The notes under the pieces were generated by a model that worked only from the letters and a program-made list of their open reading frames with translations, made no database searches and was not told the origin of the DNA. A program made the position numbers and the translations under genes. Source: Eledone cirrhosa (lineage: Eukaryota). From it: a stretch of DNA of 64,000 bases. Shown here piece by piece: positions 1 to 13,068 of the stretch. The DNA lies in NCBI GenBank assembly GCA_964016885.1, contig OZ024741.1:118916001-118980000 (forward strand). The letters run 5' to 3'. The first letter of the stretch is position 1; each line of letters opens with the position of its first letter.

Positions 1-3000
1 CATACCAATCTTGGTATATATGGCATCCCAAGTTTGGTATACATGGCATACCAATCTTGGTATATATGGCATACCAATCTTGGTATATATGGCATCCCAA
101 TCTTGATATATATGGCATACCAATCTTGGTATATATGGCATACCAATCTTGGTATATATGGCATACCAATCTTGGTATACATGGCATACCAATCTTGGTA
201 TACATGGCATACCAATCTTGGTATATATGGCATACCAATCTTGATATATATGGCATACCAATCTTGGTATACATGGCATACCAATCTTGGTATATCTGGC
301 ATACCAATCTTGGTATATATGGCATACTTGGTATATATGGCATACTAATCTTGATATATATGACATATCAATCTTGGTATATATGGCATACCAATCTTGG
401 TATATATGGCATACCAATCTTGGTATATATGGCATACCAATCTTGATATATATGACATACCAATCTTGGTATATATGGCATACCAATCTTGGTATATATG
501 ACATACCAATCTTGGTATACATGGCATACCAATATTGGTATACATGGCATACCAATCTTGGTATATATGGCATACCAATCTTGGTATATATGGCATCCCA
601 ATCTTGGTATATATGGCATACCAATCTTGGTATATATGGCATACCAATCTTGGTATATATGGCATCCCAATCTTGGTATACATGGCATACCAATCTTGGT
701 ATATATGGCATACCAATCTTGGTATTTATGGCATCCCAATCTTGATATATATGGCATACCAATATGGCATACTAATCTTGATATATATAACATACCAATC
801 TTGGTATACATGGCATACCAATCTTGGTATATATGGCATACCAATCTTGATATATATGGCATACCAATCTTGGTATACATGGCATACCAATCTTGGTATA
901 TATGGCATACCAATCTTGGTATATATGGCATACCAATCTTGGTATATATGACATACCGATCTTGGTATACATGACATACCAATCTTGGTATATATGGCAT
1001 ACCAATCTTGGTATATATGGCATACCAATCTTGGTATATATGGCATACCAATCTTGGTATACATGACATACCAATCTTGGTATACATGGCATACCAATTT
1101 TGGTATATATGACATACCAATCTTGGTATATATGGCATCCCAATCTTGGTATATATAGCATACCAATCTTGGTATACATGGCATACCAATTTTGGTATAT
1201 ATGGCATACCAATCTTGGTATATATGGCATACCAATCTTGGTATACATGGCATACCAATCTTGGTATACATGGCATACCAATTTCGGTATATATGGCATA
1301 CCAATCTTGGTATATATGGTATACCAACTCTGGTGTGTATGGTATACCAACCCTGGTATGTATGGTATACCAATCTTGGTGTGTATGGTATACCAACTCT
1401 GGTGTGTATGGTATACCAACTCTGGTGTGTATGGTATACCAACTCTGGTGTGTATGGCATAATATTCCTGGTGTGTATGGTATACCAACTCTGGTGTGTA
1501 TGGTATACCAATCCTGGTGTGTATGGTATACCAACCCTGGTGTGTATGGTATACCAATCTTGGTGTGTATGGTATGCCAACCCTGGTGTGTATGGTATAC
1601 CAATCTTGGTGTGTATGGTATACCAACCCTGGTGTGTATGGTATACCAATCTTGGTGTGTATGGTATACCAACCCTGGTGTGTATGGTATACCAATCTTG
1701 GTGTGTATGGTATACCAACCCTGGTTTGTATGGTATACCAATCTTGGTGTGTATGGTATGCCAACCCTGGTGTGTATGGTATACCAATTTTGGTGTGTAT
1801 GGTATACCAAACCTGGTGTGTATGGTATACCAACTCTGGTGTGTATGGTATACCAATCTTGGTGTGTATGGTATACCAACCCTGGTGTGTATGGAATACC
1901 AATCTTGGTGTGTATGGTATACCAACTCTGGTGTGTATGATATACCAATCTTGGTGTGTATGGTATACCAATCTTGGTGTGTATGGTATACCAACTCTTG
2001 TGTGTATGTTATACCAACCCTGGTGTGTATGATATACCAATCTTGGTGTGTATGGTATACCAACCCTGGTGTGTATGGTATACCAATCTTGGTGTGTATG
2101 GTATACCAACCCTGGTGTGTATGGTATACCAATCTTGGTGTGTATGGTATACCAACCCTGGTTTGTATGGTATACCAATCTTGGTGTGTATGGTATACCA
2201 ACCCTGGTGTGTATGGTATACCGATCTTGGTATGTATGGTATACCAATCTTGGTGTGTATGGTATACCAATCTTGGTGTGTATGGTATACCAACCCTGGT
2301 ATGTATGGTATACCAATCTTGGTGTGTATGGTATACCAACCCTGGTGTGTATGGTATACCAATCTTGGTGTGTATGGTATACCAACTCTGGTGTGTATGG
2401 TATACCAATCTTGGTGTGTATGGTATACCAATCTTGGTGTGTATGGTATACCACCTCTGGTGTGTATGGTATACCAACCCTGGTGTGTATGGTATACCAA
2501 CCCTGGTGTGTATGGTATACCAACCCTGGTGTGTATGGTATATCAACCTTGGTGTGTATGGTATACCAACCCTGGTGTGTATGGTATACCAACACTGGTG
2601 TGTATGGTATACCAATCCTGGTGTGTATGGTATACCAACCCTGGTGTGTATGGTATACCAATTTTGGTGTGTATGGTATACCAACTCTGGTATGTATAGT
2701 ATACCAATCTTGGTGTGTATGGTATACCAACCCTGGTGTGTATGGTATACCAATCTTGGTGTGTATGGTATACCAAACCTGGTGTGTATGGTATACCAAC
2801 TCTGGTGTGTATGGTATACCAACCCTGGTGTATGGTATACCAATCTTGGTGTGTATGGTATACCAACCCTGGTGTGTATGGTATACCAATCTTGGTGTGT
2901 ATGGTATACCAACTCTGGTGTGTATGGTATACCAATCTTGGTGTGTATGGTATACCAACCCTGGTGTGTATGGTATACCAACCCTGGTGTGTATGGTATA

Positions 3001-3887
3001 CCAATCTTGGTGTGTATGGTATACCAACCCTGGTGTGTATGGTATACCAATCTTGGTGTGTATGGTATACCAACCCTGGTGTGTATGGTATACCAATCTT
3101 GGTGTGTATGGTATACCAACCCAGGTTTGTATGGTATACCAATCTTGGTGTGTATGGTATACCAACCCTGGTGTGTATGGTATACCAATCTTGGTGTGTA
3201 TGGTATACCAATCTTGGTGTGTATGGTATACCAACCCTGGTGTGTATGGTATACCAATCTTGGTGTGTATGGTATACCAACCCTGGTGTGTATGGTATAC
3301 CAATCTTGGTGTGTATGGTTCTACCAACTCTGGTGTGTATGGTATACCAATCTTGGTGTGTATGGTATACCAATCTTGGTGTGTATGGTATACCACCTCT
3401 GGTGTGTATGGTATACCAACCCTGGTGTGTATGGTATACCAACCCTGGTGTGTATGGTATACCAACCCTGGTGTGTATGGTATACCTACCCTGGGGTGTA
3501 TGGTATACCAATCTTGGTGTGTATGGTATACCAACTCTGGTGTGTAAGTTATACCAACCATGGTGTGTATGGTATACCAACCCTGGTGTGTATGGTATAC
3601 CAACCCTGGTGTGTATGGTATACCAATCTTGGTGTGTATGGTATACCAACCCTGGTGTGTATGGTATACCAATCTTGGTGTGTATGGTATACCAACTCTG
3701 GTGTGTATGGTATACCAACCCTTGTGTGTATGGTATACCAACCCTGGTGTGTATGGTATACCAATCTTGGTGTGTATGGTATACCAACCCTGGTGTGTAT
3801 GGTATACCAATCTTGGTGTGTATGGTATACCAACCCTGGTGTGTATGGTATACCAACCCTGGTGTGTATGGCATACCAATCCTGGAC
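1..3887. repeat. 23-bp minisatellite array (>165 units, truncated by the window start)
   Basis: Unit CATACCAATCTTGGTATATATGG up to ~1320, then TATACCAA(T/C)C(T/C)TGGTGTGTATGG. Each unit contains the hairpin ATACCAA-TC-TTGGTAT. Confidence 0.98.
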
Positions 3888-4166
3888 TCTAAAAATTAAA
3901 TATGTTCAACATTATTGCCGTGATTATTGACGGTTTGGGTTCACTAGCTTTGTTATAATATTCCCTTGTGACCCCATGTTTAGGACTTCATATCTCACCG
4001 CCGTCGATACCTTAATGACCATACATCTAATGGAGTGTTTTTACTAAACAGGTGAGGTTAATGGCCCGTAAATTTCAAAGCACTTTAAACAGGAAAACAT
4101 CATTTGTGTAAAGGAAGAAAAGAATATGAAATTAATTTTTTTTCTTGCTTGTAAGATATCTTTTAA

Positions 4167-4320
4167 GGCGGGGAATTGACAGAATAATTAGAATGCCAGA
4201 TATAATACTTTGCATTATTCGTTCCGGCTCTTTGCTCTCTGAGTTGAAATCCCACCGAGATCAACTTTGCTTTTCAACCTATCGAGATCAATAACGTACC
4301 ATTTCAATACTGGGGCCGAT
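4167..4320 (+). mobile_element. Diverged tRNA-derived cephalopod-type SINE
   Basis: GGCGG head, B-box-like GAGTTGAAATCC and body AACTTTGCTTTTCA...GTACC...TACTGGGG, all shared with other copies in the window. Confidence 0.75.
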
Positions 4321-4704
4321 TCTTCCTCTATACTTCTTTCTTACATTCATTCTCTGTCTTTTAGAGAAGAAATGGGCTAACTTCAGACCTGTTGAGTGAT
4401 GAGCTCCCCTACAACACCATCAGAATTTACAGGTCCATGGCCAAAATATATATTTAAATTACACTTCCCAATAAAAGTGGAATACATGTAAAGGAATAGA
4501 GGTGCTTCTGTGCAGAGAAAAATATCCAATCATTCATTTTGCAAATTCATAGTTATGTCACTTATATTATACTATACTACTGTTTTGGTTTTAAGGATTA
4601 AATCATTTATTTTTATGGATTTTTAGAGACCTTATCAGCGAGCAGTTCCAAGTTTAAATGTAAGTAAAATTTCGCCTGTGGGCATCCATTCCCCAAATCT
4701 AAAT

Positions 4705-4884
4705 CAGGACTTGGGAAATTACGGTCCGTAGGCCAAACCCGATTTACAGCTTCATTTCATCCGGCTCGCCGACTTTATTACATGTGTGACGTTGCTTTTC
4801 TTCCCTATCAATGCTTGATCCTTAAGACATTAAAACATTTCCAATCTCGGCCCCACATCCAAACAAATGTTTGCCGACCCCCTG
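4705..4884. mobile_element. hAT (Charlie-like) MITE
   Basis: Imperfect TIRs CAGGACTTGGGAAA / TTTGCCGACCCCCTG, flanked by similar 8-mers ATCTAAAT / TTCTAAAC (decayed 8-bp TSD). Confidence 0.6.
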
Positions 4885-5437
4885 TTCTAAACAAATAACA
4901 GATGTAGAGGAAATACGAACCAATCTCGGGCTGATTCTGAAAAGTTTTGGTTTTAGTTAGCTAAACGGATATTATATTCTTGTGTAAATAAAGAAATTCC
5001 ATTGATGTACATAAGGTTTGGGAGTCAAGATCACCAATGACGGGAATGGATTTTAATAGAAAACAACGGGATCGTGTAGGGGTGGGGGTGGGATGGGGTG
5101 GGGGTGGGGTTTCGGGGGGGGGGTTTAGGTTAGGGTAGGGTGTTGAGAATGCAAATTGTCAACACTAACACATTGTTATAGATGTCTTTCATGAGTCAGC
5201 CAATTCCCTTGTCAAAGCAACAGCTTTGTTGAGTAAACGAAATCATATTTTTTAAAAAAGCTTTCAAAGAATACAAACTCGATGAGGAGAAAACACACTC
5301 TTAAGCAAACCAAAGGAAAAATGAAAACAATCTGCTCTACTCCAGCAATTGCATTCTTTAATTATTGTTTAGTTTCATTTGCTTGGTGCGAATCATTGTC
5401 AACAAATTTTTCAGAGCGTTAGATATTGGTTGGAATG

Positions 5438-6650
5438 GTGTGTGTGTGTGAGTATAATTGTATGTGTGTGTATAATTGTATGTGTGAGTGTGTGAGTGTG
5501 TCAGTGTGAGTATAATTGTATGTGTGTATGTGAGTATAATTGTATGTGTGTGTGTGTGAGTATAATTGTATGTGTGGGAGTATAATTGTATGTATGTGTG
5601 TATGAGTATAATTGTATATGTGTGTGAGTATAATTGTATGTGTGTGAGTGTGTGAGTATAATTGTATATGTGTGTGTAAGTATAATTGTATGTGTGTGTG
5701 TATGAGTATAATTGTATATGTGTGTGAGTGTGTGAGTATAATTGTATGTGTGTGAGTGTATGAGTGTGAGTGTGTGTGTATGTGAGTATGTGTGAGAGTG
5801 TCAGTGTGTGTGTGAGCGTGTGTGTATGTGAGTGTGTGGTGTGAGTGTGTGTATGTTGAAGCGAGAGAGAGAGAGAGAGAGAGAGATAGTGTGTGTGTGT
5901 TGATGTGAGAGAGAGAGAGAGAGAGTGTGTGTGTGTGTGTGTTGATACGCGAGTATGTGTGTGTGTTGATATGAGGGAGAGAGAGAGAGTGTGTGTGTGT
6001 GTGTATGTGAGTGTGTGTGTAAATGAGTGTGTGTGTATTTGTATGCCTGTATGTTCTTGTTTATGTGTGAGTGTGTGTGTGTGAGAGAGAGTGTGTAAGA
6101 ATGCGTGTGTGTCAGTATGTATGTATATGAGTGTGTGTGTGTATGTGTATGTGTGTGTATGTGTATTTGTATGCCTGTATGGTCTTGTTTATGTGTGAGT
6201 GTGTGTGTGTGAGAGAGAGTGTGTAAGAATGCGTGTGTGTCAGTATGTATGTATATGAGTGTGTATGTGTATGTGTGTGTATGTGTATTTGTATGCCTGT
6301 ATGGTCTTGTTTATGTGTGAGTGTGTGCGTGTGAGAGAGAGTGTGTAAGAATGTGTGTGTGTCAGTATGTATGTATATGAGTGTGTGTGTGTGTATGTGT
6401 GTGTGTGTGTATTTGTATGCCTGTATGGTCTTGTTTATGTTTGTGTAGTGTGTGTGTCTGTGTCGGTCTGTGGATGTGAGTGCATGAATGTGTCTATTTC
6501 TCTGTGTGTGTATGTATATGAACATGTGAATGTGTTTAAGTGTGAGTGCATGAGTGTTGGTACGTATGTATACGTCTATATATTATATATGTGAGTGTGT
6601 GCTCGCGTCTATGTGTATGTCTGTGTATATGTGCGTCTGTGTTTGTGCGT
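5438..6650. repeat. Compound (TG)n/(AG)n microsatellite with higher-order repeats
   Basis: GAGTATAATTGTAT(GT)n units at 5450-5750 and about three ~120-bp duplications at 6035-6440. Confidence 0.9.
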
Positions 6651-6974
6651 GACAGCTCTAATTGACATATAAACAGAAACTAAATGAAACAATCCCACCG
6701 ATGAGGACATCAAAGTTTCAAACCTTAATAAAATCAACAACAAAAATAACGATGGCTCTTCCTGTTGACAGGAGTTTTATTGTTATTTTTGTAATCGGAG
6801 GAGCAATTGAGGGGTTACATTCATCCAACCAACCATCCAACCATCTCTCAATGGGTTCTTAATCCCTGTTGGGGTGCTCATCTGACTCCAGGTTTGAATA
6901 CAGCCGTTATTTTCCAGATAAAAGGAGAGAAAGAGAGAGAAAGGAAAGAAGGAAAGAAGGAAGGAAGAGAGAGG

Positions 6975-7059
<85 letters not shown>

Positions 7060-7062
<3 letters not shown>

Positions 7063-7462
7063 GGCTGGTACTTTATTTTATCGACCTCGAAAGGTTGAAA
7101 AGCAATGTTAATCTCAGTAGAATTTGAACTCAGAAAGTAGAAAGCCAGAATGAGTATCGCCAAGTATTTTATCCAATGTTCTAACGACTCTGCCAATTTG
7201 CCGCCATAAATGAGGAGCAAATATGGTATGTAGGGACCCGTAACTCACGAGTGGGTCGTAGGGGTGTCGTATTGACACACGGCGTTTCTAGGGCATTTTT
7301 TAAAACCTGGCGGAGGCCATCACCTCTGGGTGGAGAAGGATGGAGAGTGAGAGAGAGAGGATGTGGGAAAAAAATATACAGGGATAATCGACCTCAGTAC
7401 TAGACTGGTACTTTTTTATCGACCCTGAATGTATGAGAGGCAAAACTGACCTCAGTGGGATT
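7060..7462 (-). mobile_element. SINE (7060-7206) plus a 5'-truncated SINE with extended tail (7225-7462)
   Basis: Core CTGGTACTTTATTTTATCGACC...GATTTGAACTCAG...GCCAATTTGCCGCC, followed by the tail motif GCATTTTTAAAACCTGGCGGAG. Confidence 0.85.
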
Positions 7463-8476
7463 GTTAAATATTAGAAGTGTTAATATCTAGTGGGCGAGAA
7501 AATCAGCAGAGCGGATACACGTGGAGAAATATATAAAGGAGAACTAACGTTATATTAAGCCATACCTATAACCGAACGCGCAGCGGCTTTGGAAGAGTCA
7601 GATATAATAGTATAGAAAATCGCACTAAGGAACACGGCCGTATTGTTAATTACACTAGCGATAGTATTGGTAGCTTACCACACAATAAGGATCACGACCC
7701 CGGTGACAGTGACCACTGTAGCCTACTTGAATTATTCCCCTACTATAAGATCAACAAAGGCGATGGCCTACTACCAACGCCTTCCAACCAGTGTCTTCCT
7801 ATACATAAATGTAGCAGAAAGAAGACGAGTGCACCCGAACATAAAGCGAAAGGGACACGTAACGGGCTACAGCACAATAACATGCATATGAACGGTCACC
7901 CTGATAGCACAACCCTTAGCAAACGTACAAAGACATGGAATCGCCACCGTAACGTCCTATGGTTCCATCCTCCCTACTCTCGGAGTGTGGCCCCCGACAT
8001 ACCCCGGATATTCTTCGAAGCCTTAGAGAAGAACTTCCCACCCAACCATAAGTATAGGAAAATCCTGAATAGGAACAATATAAAAATATCCTTCTCTACT
8101 ACTCCTAACCTAGTAGACATCATAGGAACAACTAATCACAGTAAGATCACCAAGACACAGCACCTTAGCACCGATACACCTACACCTGACAACAACTATA
8201 TCGGCCTTGACGACTCCCTAGCAACACCCAATAGTGCTGGCAACAGCCACTACAGATGCAACCAACATAACCGCGACATTACTGAGGAATATGCAGGGAC
8301 CCGCACGGGTCACCGGACGGCAACGGAAGACGCTGCTGCGTGCGGATTGATAATGGTACTACCCCGCACGCTTTGGGTTATAATGGTACTAATGACAGGT
8401 GTAGGGGCGTAGGTAACAACATAGGTAGCAATAATAATAGCCTTACCTTGGGAATAGAAGGGACCGCGACCAAAAT

Positions 8477-8905
8477 TGCAACTGCCGTGACAGGGGACGC
8501 TGCCCCCTTAGGGGTAACTGCCTGACTGATAGAGTTATTTATAGGTGCACCGTAACTAGCCATAATAGCGTTAAACATTATATAGGGGCTACCTCTGGCC
8601 CGTTCAAAAATAGATTTCGAACACATCTCCACTCTTTCGCAAACAAGAAACTAAGACACTCCACTTCGCTCGCAAACTACATCACAGCATTAAAAGACTC
8701 AAACATCAGCTTCTCCATGCACTGGGAAATTGTCGGCAGAGCAGCACCGTACAATTTCAAGAGGAAGTGCGAGCTTTGCCTCATGGAGCTTTACCATATC
8801 ATAACGGCACCCCACGAGATCATCAACAGCAGAGCAGAAACGACGATAAGCTGTACACACCGCTTAAAAATATCCTACTCCAGATGGAATAAGAATGAGG
8901 AGTGA
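8477..8905 (+). pseudogene. GIY-YIG endonuclease domain of the PLE (domain open, upstream linker frameshifted, RT missing)
   Basis: Translation CNCRDRGRCPLRGNCLTDRVIYRCTVT...HYIGATSGPFKNRFRTHLHSF...WEIVGRAAPY...CELCLMELYHI...INSRAE...CTHR, in frame with ORF 8717-8905. Confidence 0.9.
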
Positions 8906-9258
8906 AACCCGTAAACCGGGTCGCTCTGCATCAAACATTAACACCCCGGCGGGCAGGTGCTGCAAAAAACATCCGGAAACTAACCATGCATTCCAGACCC
9001 GGCACGAATCGACCCAGGCGGGCAGGCGCAGCAAACAAACATCTGGAAAATAACGTTGCATACCTGACCCTGTGCGTATCGACAATGGTAAAGCTGTAAC
9101 TACAAAGTAATAAAGGATAAAAAGTCGCCCGGAGAATACTGCTCTAACACCGGTTAGAGTTATCTCCCTTGACCTACTGCAAAATCAATACATGTTTTTG
9201 TTACGAAGAATGAACTGTGACGTGAACTTATTTCTAAAAACGCCTTTTAGTTTGTTAT

Positions 9259-9298
9259 GCCCTTGAGAAGCCCTTTCGGGCGAAACGTACGTAGGTGC
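9259..9298 (+). ncRNA. Type I minimal hammerhead ribozyme, U3:A8 core variant, in the PLE 3' repeat
   Basis: UUGAGAA - GCCC UUUC GGGC - GAAA - C GUAC G - UA. Stem III is palindromic (ACGUACGU) and stem I is weak. Confidence 0.65.
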
Positions 9299-9351
9299 TA
9301 TTTTAATTAAACATGTTTTAACGGTTTGTTCTCCTTTATATATTTCTCCAC

Positions 9352-9416
<65 letters not shown>

Positions 9417-9773
9417 AAAATGAGTTTAAAAAGAAAAGAAGAAACGACATGTCCTACACGGGTGAAAGTATAAGGAAAAAAATAAAAAAATACTTAATTA
9501 GATTATATATGTATATATATAACAGAGTGTTGTCGAAGCATTGTTGAATAGGAAATATGAATTTAAATAAGTTTAAAAGCCATACAATGCTTTGAAAATT
9601 AAAGGTGCCGAGATAGCGATAGAATTTTACATTAGCAAATTTAGTTATCACACATATTTTCAGATATAAAAACCCATTACCAAGAGAGGATCCGTGTGAA
9701 GGTCTTCAAGGACCAGTCGGAGATAAGTTGTTGTTTGACTGGAAGATTTATGGTTTTTAAACTTATTTAAATT

Positions 9774-9811
<38 letters not shown>

Positions 9812-10008
9812 TGCCAAAAATGTGGGTTCGTGTCCCATGTACGTCAATGCTCATCACTTTTCCCATTCTGTGGGTTTTTATAACACCAACTATTGGGCTG
9901 ATAAATACGGCGGAAGCACTATTTCACTATCTAATTTTCAAATTCTCCGCTGTTTGTAAACAAAGCTAAGCTTTATATATATCGGACATGACACCCTTAA
10001 TTAAATTT

Positions 10009-10057
<49 letters not shown>

Positions 10058-10088
10058 GTATATATATGTATATATAGTATGTATATAT

Positions 10089-10245
10089 AATTTAATTACG
10101 GCTAAGTAGTGAATCTTGTTACACTGGAGTTTTACCTGCCCACTTGTAGTGAAACTCCAGAGTAACAACGCTCACTACTTAGCCGTAATTGAATGAATAT
10201 TTCAACTCTACTTCAGTATTGAGTACTTTTTTCACACCCGTCAAC
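10089..10245. mobile_element. Small head-to-head inverted PLE-terminus insertion next to (TA)n
   Basis: AATTACGGCTAAGTAGTGA..TTGTTACACTGGAGTTT is inverted at 10152-10190. The right arm begins with an HHR 3'-half-like GAAACTCCAGAGTA. Confidence 0.65.
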
Positions 10246-10696
10246 AATACACACACACACACATATATATATACACACACACACATTTACATACACATAC
10301 ATACACATACATATGTGTTTGTGTGTAAAACTAAAGGTACAATGTCCCAGTTTTTAAGGGAGACTTTATATATATATGATCAGCAGCTGTAATTCTTATT
10401 TTAAACGGATGATGATAAGAACGTAAGAATTAGTCACCACAGTAAGGTAGTAGTGATATATTAAAATGGCAGCTACTATTGAAGTAGTATATTGTATGGA
10501 AAGATATGTATTACTATATAAAGGAGGATATAGGGGAATTATGTAAAGATGAAATAATTCTTGAGAAATAAAAAGAACTAAAAACTATATAAAGAGGCAC
10601 AGCTGGAAATAAAGATGACAAACTAAACTAAAACCACGAGATAAGATAAGGATTACATCATACAAATATAGATAGATCCGCCTAAGTTACTATATC

Positions 10697-10748
<52 letters not shown>

Positions 10749-10904
10749 AATGTGAGGAATCAAAACATAGCAAGCCTACTGAACACGAAATCGTACGATT
10801 GAGAACTCTACTGATTCCATCTAGAGTACATATTCGTCTTTGAAAACTGTGCTTTGTATATATACAATATATTATGTGTTCTCTGTGATATATGCCCCCC
10901 CCCT

Positions 10905-10939
<35 letters not shown>

Positions 10940-10942
<3 letters not shown>

Positions 10943-11552
10943 GTTATACTTGGGGAGGATCATATTGTTGTAATAATATTGTCAGAAATAATTGTTTGTA
11001 CTTTAGGCATAAGGCCAGCAATTACCCAGTACATTACTGGTACTTTATTTTATCGACCCCGTAAGGATGAAAGGCAAAGTTAACCTCGGCGGGACTTGAA
11101 CTCAGACTGTAAAGGGACGTAACTATGCTAGAAAGCATGGCGTCCAACCCTCTACCGATACTGCCAATTCACCGCAGAACACACTCACTGTTTGGTTGGT
11201 TTTCGCTTCTGTATCTTTTATATCACCACAGTTAATTCATTTGGTCCTCAATGTTTATCATTGACTGTCCAACGGTCAAAAATACAGATATAATATAGAT
11301 ATAAACGCATATATATAGTCTAACAATATTTGACTATATATGTTAGACTATATATATGTGTTTATATTTATATTATATCTGTATTTTTGACCGTTGGTCA
11401 TTCAATGATAAACATTGAGGACCAAATGAATTAACTGTGGAGATATAAAAGATAAAAGATACAGAAGTGAAAACCAACCAAACAGTGAGTGTGTTCTGTT
11501 ATTATTTCTGTCAATATTATTACAATATAACCCTCCCCAAGTATAACAATAT
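10940..11552. repeat. Long inverted repeat element, left arm interrupted by a SINE
   Basis: Arms 10940-10991 + 11176-11325 and 11342-11552 are reverse complements. A related end recurs at 63835-63945. Confidence 0.9.
10992..11176 (-). mobile_element. Young full-length tRNA-derived SINE
   Basis: Nearly identical to copies at 44265-44452 (+) and 57183-57365 (-). Confidence 0.92.
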
Positions 11553-11590
11553 TTGTTTCGACACGCGATTTCATACCAAAAACATCGCAA

Positions 11591-11628
<38 letters not shown>

Positions 11629-11673
11629 AACCAGTAAGACCCCGACAGCTGAGCTCAAGCCGTTTCGACGATA

Positions 11674-12421
11674 TGTTGAGTGAGTTGGGATTTGGCCGGA
11701 GTATCGCTATTAGCTTTCTCCGATAATGTATTTATATATTTACTCTTGGTGCAACGGATATGAACTTCCCGATATAAGGTTTGACTCTATTTGTTTATTT
11801 TTATTGAATATTGATTGTTTCTTGTATCTCATTCTGTTATTTTGCCCGAGAAAATATCTATGTGTGTCATCAAACGATGTACATATATGGATATTTTTTC
11901 AAATTCCAATTGAGTTCTAGCACGTGGCTTGAATTCCTATTAGAATTCATTGTCCTGCCCATGTATTGTTTTTTGGCGGTAATCACCTTCCTCTTTTTTT
12001 GAGACAGTATGAGAATTTCTTTAGAACTGCTGGACTAGCAACCTAGCAGCTACCTCAAGCACTAATGGTGATTATCGCTAAATATTGATGTTGATTTGAT
12101 TATCAATATTAATATTATTGGCCACCCACTGAAGAATTATAAGAGCCCACTTGAATAAGTATTTGTTGATCTTATACAAGCTTCTACATAAATTGTTATA
12201 ATTTCACCCAACTTGTAGGAATCTTATAATGAAACGAGACGTCCGTCTGGGAAGAGATATATTTGATATATCTCAAATGAAATAATACAGCCAATTTTCC
12301 ACACAATTCAATTAGTTAGCACCCCGAACGTTTAATTAGGAATATACTCAGGTATTTCCTAATGTTTGTTGAGTGAGTTGGGATTTGACCGGAGTATCGC
12401 TATTAGCTTTCTCCGATAATG

Positions 12422-12432
<11 letters not shown>
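11674..12432 (+). mobile_element. Non-coding ~693-bp unit with ~65-bp terminal direct repeat and an internal HHR (retrozyme or non-autonomous PLE)
   Basis: TGTTGAGTGAGTTGGGATTTG(G/A)CCGGAGTATCGCTATTAGCTTTCTCCGATAATG occurs at 11674 and 12367. The element ends in (TA)n. Confidence 0.75.
12125..12251 (+). ncRNA. Type I hammerhead ribozyme with extended stem II
   Basis: CCCA - CUGAAGA - AUUAUAAGA...UCUUAUAAU - GAAA - CG agacguc CG - UC - UGGG (GUC site). Confidence 0.8.
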
Positions 12433-12459
<27 letters not shown>

Positions 12460-12661
12460 TAAGGAATTTGTAGTTTATTTGAAGTATATATGATATAAAG
12501 AATCCGAAGTTGGAAAGCCACGACAATAGAGGTTTGGACGGAGAAAAATTAAAAGGTGAGAGACAGGGTTTGTTTTTTTTACCTTAATTTATTCATATGT
12601 CCTGATATTTCGAGATTAATAGTTCTTTTGTATTGTTGTGGCTTTCCAACTTCGAATCCTT

Positions 12662-12790
<129 letters not shown>

Positions 12791-12985
12791 TAGTAAAGTA
12801 GTAAGGGTTTGGTAATATACAAGGTGTTAATCACTCAGTCTACGGGACGAGTTTTAATATATCATTAAATTGAATACTAGAGCGAAAACATAACACAGAG
12901 GAACGCATGAAAACGCATTTCATTGAGTGAACTCAACTAATTTAAGTTGTTGAATATTTCTTGTATTACTAAATTTAATAACAAT

Positions 12986-13018
<33 letters not shown>

Positions 13019-13068
13019 CAAGAAGTGTAAGTGAACAGGGTAAAATTACCTTCATTTATTCATATTCG

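Larger units (their letters stand above)
7518..9353 (+). mobile_element. 5'-truncated Penelope-like retroelement (Naiad-like) with an inverted copy of its 3' end at the 5' side
   Basis: Contains an RT-thumb remnant (AALEESD), linker NVLWFHPPYS...ILNRNNIKISFSTTPN, a GIY-YIG domain and a 3' HHR. 7519-7544 is the reverse complement of 9327-9352, and the element ends in (TA)n. Confidence 0.9.

Noticed and set aside
1-3887. CRISPR-like array of palindromic repeats
   Set aside because: There are no unique spacers and no cas genes, and the context is eukaryotic.
34-3930. Long ORFs (up to 1035 aa) on both strands
   Set aside because: They arise from a stop-poor 23-bp repeat and are open in nearly all frames.
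8477-8905. Selenocysteine (UGA) recoding, as reported for some Naiad PLEs
   Set aside because: The conserved Cys positions use TGC/TGT and there is no in-frame TGA within the domain.
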